NCBI RefSeq assembly: GCF_044704955.1 | Contig: NC_091994.1 | Span: 91,264,001-91,328,000, forward strand | DNA from: Pristiophorus japonicus | Taxonomy: Eukaryota | Direction: 5' to 3' | Length of the DNA stretch: 64,000 bases | The notes under the pieces: generated by a model | Told to the model about the DNA's origin: nothing | Seen by the model: only the letters and a program-made list of their open reading frames with translations | The model's database searches: none | Made by a program: the position numbers and the translations under genes | Part shown: piece by piece, positions 59,681-64,000 of the stretch | How the letters are laid out: every line of letters begins with the position of its first letter | Position numbering within the stretch: position 1 is the stretch's first letter

Positions 59681-60138
59681 AAAAAACACACACTGGGAGC
59701 AGTGACTTTTGTTTCTGCAAATATAATTTTGATCCATTTCACTGCCAGCTGTAATGAAGCAGAAAGCGTTTGTGCCTCACAAATTTCTGCTTGTTGCAGA
59801 GTTATCTTTTATCTTGCTTTCTCTTTGTTCCTGTTGAGTAGCAATCAGGTCATGAATATCATGTGATGTCGCTGTCCCCACACATGTCGCTCCCATCTCC
59901 AGTCAGGAATATGCCCACTCATTCCTCCTGCAGATGAAAGCCCTCCCCAATATCATTATTGCCTCCCTATCTGTCTTGGCATATTGTACTCCCACATGCC
60001 ACAACCAAGGTGAAACTTCCCTCATAATTTTAACGTAAACTATATTTTGTCACTAATGTAACTTTAAATAAACTTTTAGTGTAACGTTGTGGAAAGCAGA
60101 CTTTTAATAACTTATGTACATATTTGTTTTTTATCTAG

Positions 60139-60246
60139 GTATTAATTGCTACATGCCAGCCAATGGAGAGACAGTTACAATAGTCACTAATCCCAATATT
60201 CCTGTGGACATTTCTCTCGGCTTGCTCAAGAGGGATTCAACTCTTG
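60139..60246 (+). CDS. INTS11: INTS11 coding exon 13 ([35 protein letters not shown])
   Basis: 108 nt, phase 1-1. Confidence 0.96.
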
Positions 60247-60324
60247 GTAATAGAATTGGTATTTCCTTAGAATTTAGAAAACAGCGTACTTTTTTAAAAA
60301 AGTTCTATTTATAAGTAATAAGAT

Positions 60325-60695
60325 AGGAGATTGATAGAGGTGTTCAAAATCACGAGGGGTCTGGACAGGGTAGATGGAGAGAAACTGTTCCCATTGGCAG
60401 AAGGGTTGAGAACCAGAGGACACAGATTTAAGGTGATTGGTTAAGAACCAAAGGCAACATTAAAAAAAAAAACTTTTTTACACAGCGAGTGGTTGGGATC
60501 TGCAATGCACTGCCGGAAAGGGTGGTGGAGGCAGACTCAATTTTGTCTTTCAAAAAGGAGTTGGATAAGTATCTGAAGGGAAAACAATTTTAGGGCTACG
60601 GGGAAAGGGCAGGGGAGTGGGATTAGCTGAGAGTCGGCACAGGCTCGACGGGCAGAATGGCCTTCTACCGTGCTGTAACCATTCTATGATTCTAT
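60325..60695 (+). mobile_element. CR1 3' fragment with (TTCTATGA)n tail; inverted partner at ~61612-61800
   Basis: RT C-terminus and ATTCTATGATTCTATG tail. Confidence 0.85.
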
Positions 60696-62027
60696 GAAAA
60701 GTATGATTGGCTCATGGCTTAGTTGTTTAATGCTTCGGCCGGCATGGAACTGAGCCACGTCGGCCAAGAGGCCCCAGGTTTAATCACTGCTCTGTATTGA
60801 GTGAACAGAACTCAGCTAGAGGTGGCCACAGATAACTCCAATGTGGGCATATGATCACTATCTCGTATTATCTACTGGAAAATACACGTGTTTGGTCAAG
60901 GAAAGATGCTCCCCACTGTCGAGGGGACAAGCGGTTTAACGTCTCATCCAAAAGACGGCATCTCTGCCAGTCCTCAGTACTGCATTGGAGTTCCAGCCTA
61001 GATTATGTGCTCATGTCTCTGGTTTGAGACTTGAGCCCACAACCTTCTGACTCGGGCAAGACCCAAGGCTGACGCCAACTAAAAGCAATAAATACAATAT
61101 GAAAACATTATTCCAATAAAGTTAGGAGCAGATGGATTAATTTTGATATCTTCAGAAGAGTTCAAAGGATGTGTTACTTTTAAACCACAGGCAGCTCTCC
61201 CATGGTGTTGCTGATTAGTAAATGAGATGATACTCTAATAAGGAAAGGAACATTATACAAGGTAATTCACAATGTAGTAATCTGTAAAGGTAGAGCAGTG
61301 TTTAACTTGGCCTGTCCCTTTAAGGCCCAAGGTCTAATTGTACTGAGGTCAGTTAGTGGCTAATGGCCTGACTTTATTTTTTGGAAAATTGCTTTAAGAA
61401 TATTCAGTTGTGATTTGTTGGTATTCCATACAAAACGTCTTCGATAGAAGTCGACCTCCCATTGGCATTGCTGACGATGATTCGGATGATGTGCCGTTTT
61501 ATAACGACAGGGAATGTTACAGAAAGTAAGCCTATGAATGCAGGAAATCAAGGGTGGTGGAGGGCTAAGTGACACTTTGGTGCACTGACCTTTCAACTCT
61601 GAGGCTTGGATTCATAGAATCATAGAATGATACAGCACAGAAGGAGGCCATTTGGCCCACGGTGCCTGTGCCTGCAGGTAGAGCTATCCAATTACTCCCA
61701 CTCCCCCTGCTCTTTCCCCATTGCCCAGCAAATTTTTCTTTTTCAAGAATGTATCCCATTCCCTTTTGACCGATATGATTGAATCTGTTCCCACCGCCCT
61801 TTTATGCAGTGGCTTTCAGATCAGGCAGTGGGTCAGTTGGTAGCACCCTCACCTTGTGTCATGGCAAGTTGTGGGTTCAAGTCCCACCCCAGAGACCCGA
61901 ACACAAAATTCCAGGCTGACACCAGAAGGAGTGCTGCACTGTCAAAGGACAAAACCAATGTAGCTAATAGGACTAACATCTCCTATGATATCTGCAAAGG
62001 CCCTAAGTGAAATAGTTTGTGTATTTA

Positions 62028-62552
62028 AGAACATAAGAAATAGGAGCAGGAGTAGGCCATACAGCCCTCGAGCCTGCTCCGCCATTTAATACGATCATAG
62101 CTGATCCGATCATGGACTCAGGACCATTTCCCTGCCCGCTCCCCATAACCCCTTAATCCCTTATCGGTTAAGAAACTGTCTATCTCGGTCTTAAATTTAT
62201 TCAATGTTCCAGCTTTCACAGCTCTCTGAGGCAGCAAATTCCACAGATTTACAACCCTCTGACAGAAGAAATTCCTCCTCATCTCAGAATAAGGGGCCGC
62301 CCATTTAAAACTTAAGATTATGCCCCATGTTTTAGTCTCCCCTATCAGTGGAAACATCCTCTCTGCATCCACCTTGTCAAGCCCCCTCATAATCTTATAT
62401 GTTTCGATATTCTTCTGAGTTCCAATGAGTAGAGGCCCAACCTCCTCAACCTTTCCTTATAAGTCAACCCCCTCATCTCCGGAATCAACCTCGTGAACCT
62501 TCTCTGAACTGCCTCCAAAGCAAGTATATCCTTTCGTAAATATGGAAACCAA
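62028..62552 (-). mobile_element. CR1 LINE 3' fragment
   Basis: ORFs 62118-62390 and 62387-62614; AAGAACATAAGAA tail. Confidence 0.9.
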
Positions 62553-63199
62553 TTTTCTAGTGAGAGCAAGTCCTTACCACAAAACTTTCCATTATCTGCA
62601 CCAGTCGAGACCAAGTTTCAATTACAGTCTGACAAACCACAAGAGTAGAAGATATGAGAAATGGAAATATCACACATGTGCAGTGGAAGTTTTAATCCTG
62701 AAGTGTGAAGTTTAAGGTACATTGTTGAGGTAGCATAGAAATAGCACCACTGTGTAAATTAGCTGGCATGAGAGTGGCTGATGGTGACACTGGGTGCACA
62801 AGTTGCCATTCCCCTCACTGGCATTTTGATTGTCCAGCCCTACTGACCAGGGGTCAGAGACAGTAATATAGCAGGTCAGTGCTGGACAGTAATGCAGGAG
62901 GCTATCACTCCATTTGTATTCAGAGAGCAGGCTAGTGGGTCTGGGCAAGATGCAGCTGAGAAGCCACAAAATGACATTGTTAAAATTAATTTTACTTCAA
63001 TGCATTAAAGGAAAATTCATTACAGTTTCATGCAGAGATTTGAAACTGACCTAAACACCAATTTATCAAATGATTTGTAAGACAATAACATAACAGAACC
63101 AAGTTTTCGTGAAATGTGAGTGATTAGCTTTGTAGGCAGTCACTGATACTGATGTATGCTGTGATGTCTTATGATTTTTTTTCCCCCCTCATTCTATAG

Positions 63200-63261
63200 G
63201 TCCAGCACCTGATCCAAAAAAACCGAAACTAATGCATGGTACACTGATTATAAAGGATAAT
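63200..63261 (+). CDS. INTS11: INTS11 coding exon 14 (PAPDPKKPKLMHGTLIIKDN)
   Basis: 62 nt, AG/GT boundaries. Confidence 0.95.
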
Positions 63262-63356
63262 GTGAGTAATGTTTCATCTATTTTTTATCTAAATTTGGAG
63301 ATTAGTTGAAAGGAAAGAAAATGAAAGCCATTCGCTTCTATTGCTTTTACATGCAG

Positions 63357-63499
63357 AGCCTACGCCTGGTTTCTCCAGAACAGGCAGTTAAAGAGTTGGG
63401 TCTCAGTGAGCATCATCTTCGCTATACATGCAAGGTTCAGATACAGGACCACCACTCGGAACAGGACACCTTAAACCGAATATACAACCATCTGAAAAA
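63357..63499 (+). CDS. INTS11: INTS11 coding exon 15 (SLRLVSPEQAVKELGLSEHHLRYTCKV...IYNHLK); gene continues beyond the window
   Basis: 143 nt; donor AA|GTGAGT. Confidence 0.95.
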
Positions 63500-64000
63500 G
63501 TGAGTACACTGCCATACTTGGGCCAGCTGAGGCAATAACTAGCTTCGTGTGTATTTATTGCAACTGGAACAAAGTGCAGGGGTGAAGTTACATATATACC
63601 ACACAAGGAACAACGGCAAGGGACAAGTCAGCGAATGTAGGGAAAGAGAGTTCGTCCAGTTGTGATAATTGCTGGTGCCACTGAACTTTATTTTGAATCC
63701 ATGGACTTTTGCTCTTCAGTTTGCATTAAAAAATAAAATAACAAACAGCGTGCTCAAAAAATACAGACTGCCGGCCAAAGATTGGACTGGTAACAATCCT
63801 CAACCCCAGCGTTGTGAAAATGTCCGTAGCTTGGTCACCTCCCTTCTCAACTAAGAGAGGCTTAAAATAGTTACTGTTTACAAAGCATTAAAATGTAACG
63901 GTACCGCGATAACTCGACCAGTCAATTTGTAACGTTACTATTTATTCTTTCCTTTCTTGATTGTCCTTTTGAAGCATCTTGAAAGACTATCCCATTCAAC

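Noticed and set aside
61420-61475. Peptide TSSIEVDLPLALL resembling INTS11 exon 13 ([14 protein letters not shown]), suggesting a mutually exclusive exon
   Set aside because: That frame has an upstream TGA and is not the frame set by the available acceptors; the similarity is short and probably chance.

Overview
Vertebrate genomic DNA, most likely from a cartilaginous fish (inferred from the repeat landscape: CR1 LINEs with (CTTATGTT)n/(TTCTATGA)n tails, Deu-domain SINEs, Penelope/GIY-YIG, RTE and L2 fragments, short solo LTRs, TA-flanked MITEs). Three host genes can be built by hand. (1) An unnamed, very GC-rich 10-finger C2H2 zinc-finger gene on the minus strand (coding exons 10761-10767 and 6757-7718, about 322 aa, no KRAB/BTB/SCAN seen). 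(2) CPTP (GLTPD1), minus strand, two coding exons (27494-27612, 25437-25959; 213 aa). (3) INTS11 (CPSF3L), plus strand, coding exons 1-15 (30848-63499; the C-terminal exons lie beyond the window), head-to-head with CPTP on a shared CpG-rich promoter near 27.6-28.0 kb. Most interesting observations: a diverged tandem copy of INTS11 exon 3 that could splice in frame; a chimeric RTE-derived retroposon carrying an antisense zinc-finger fragment and promoter motifs as its 5' head; a series of non-coding exons downstream of the ZNF stop codon (predicted NMD target); a CpG-rich candidate poison exon in INTS11 intron 13; an apparent mirror-image placement of the INTS11/CPTP promoter relative to human; a 375-bp-arm inverted duplication; and an LTR with a higher-order 47-bp array. 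All alternative-splicing claims rest on splice-site motifs only. Repeat boundaries are approximate unless TSD/TIR coordinates are given.
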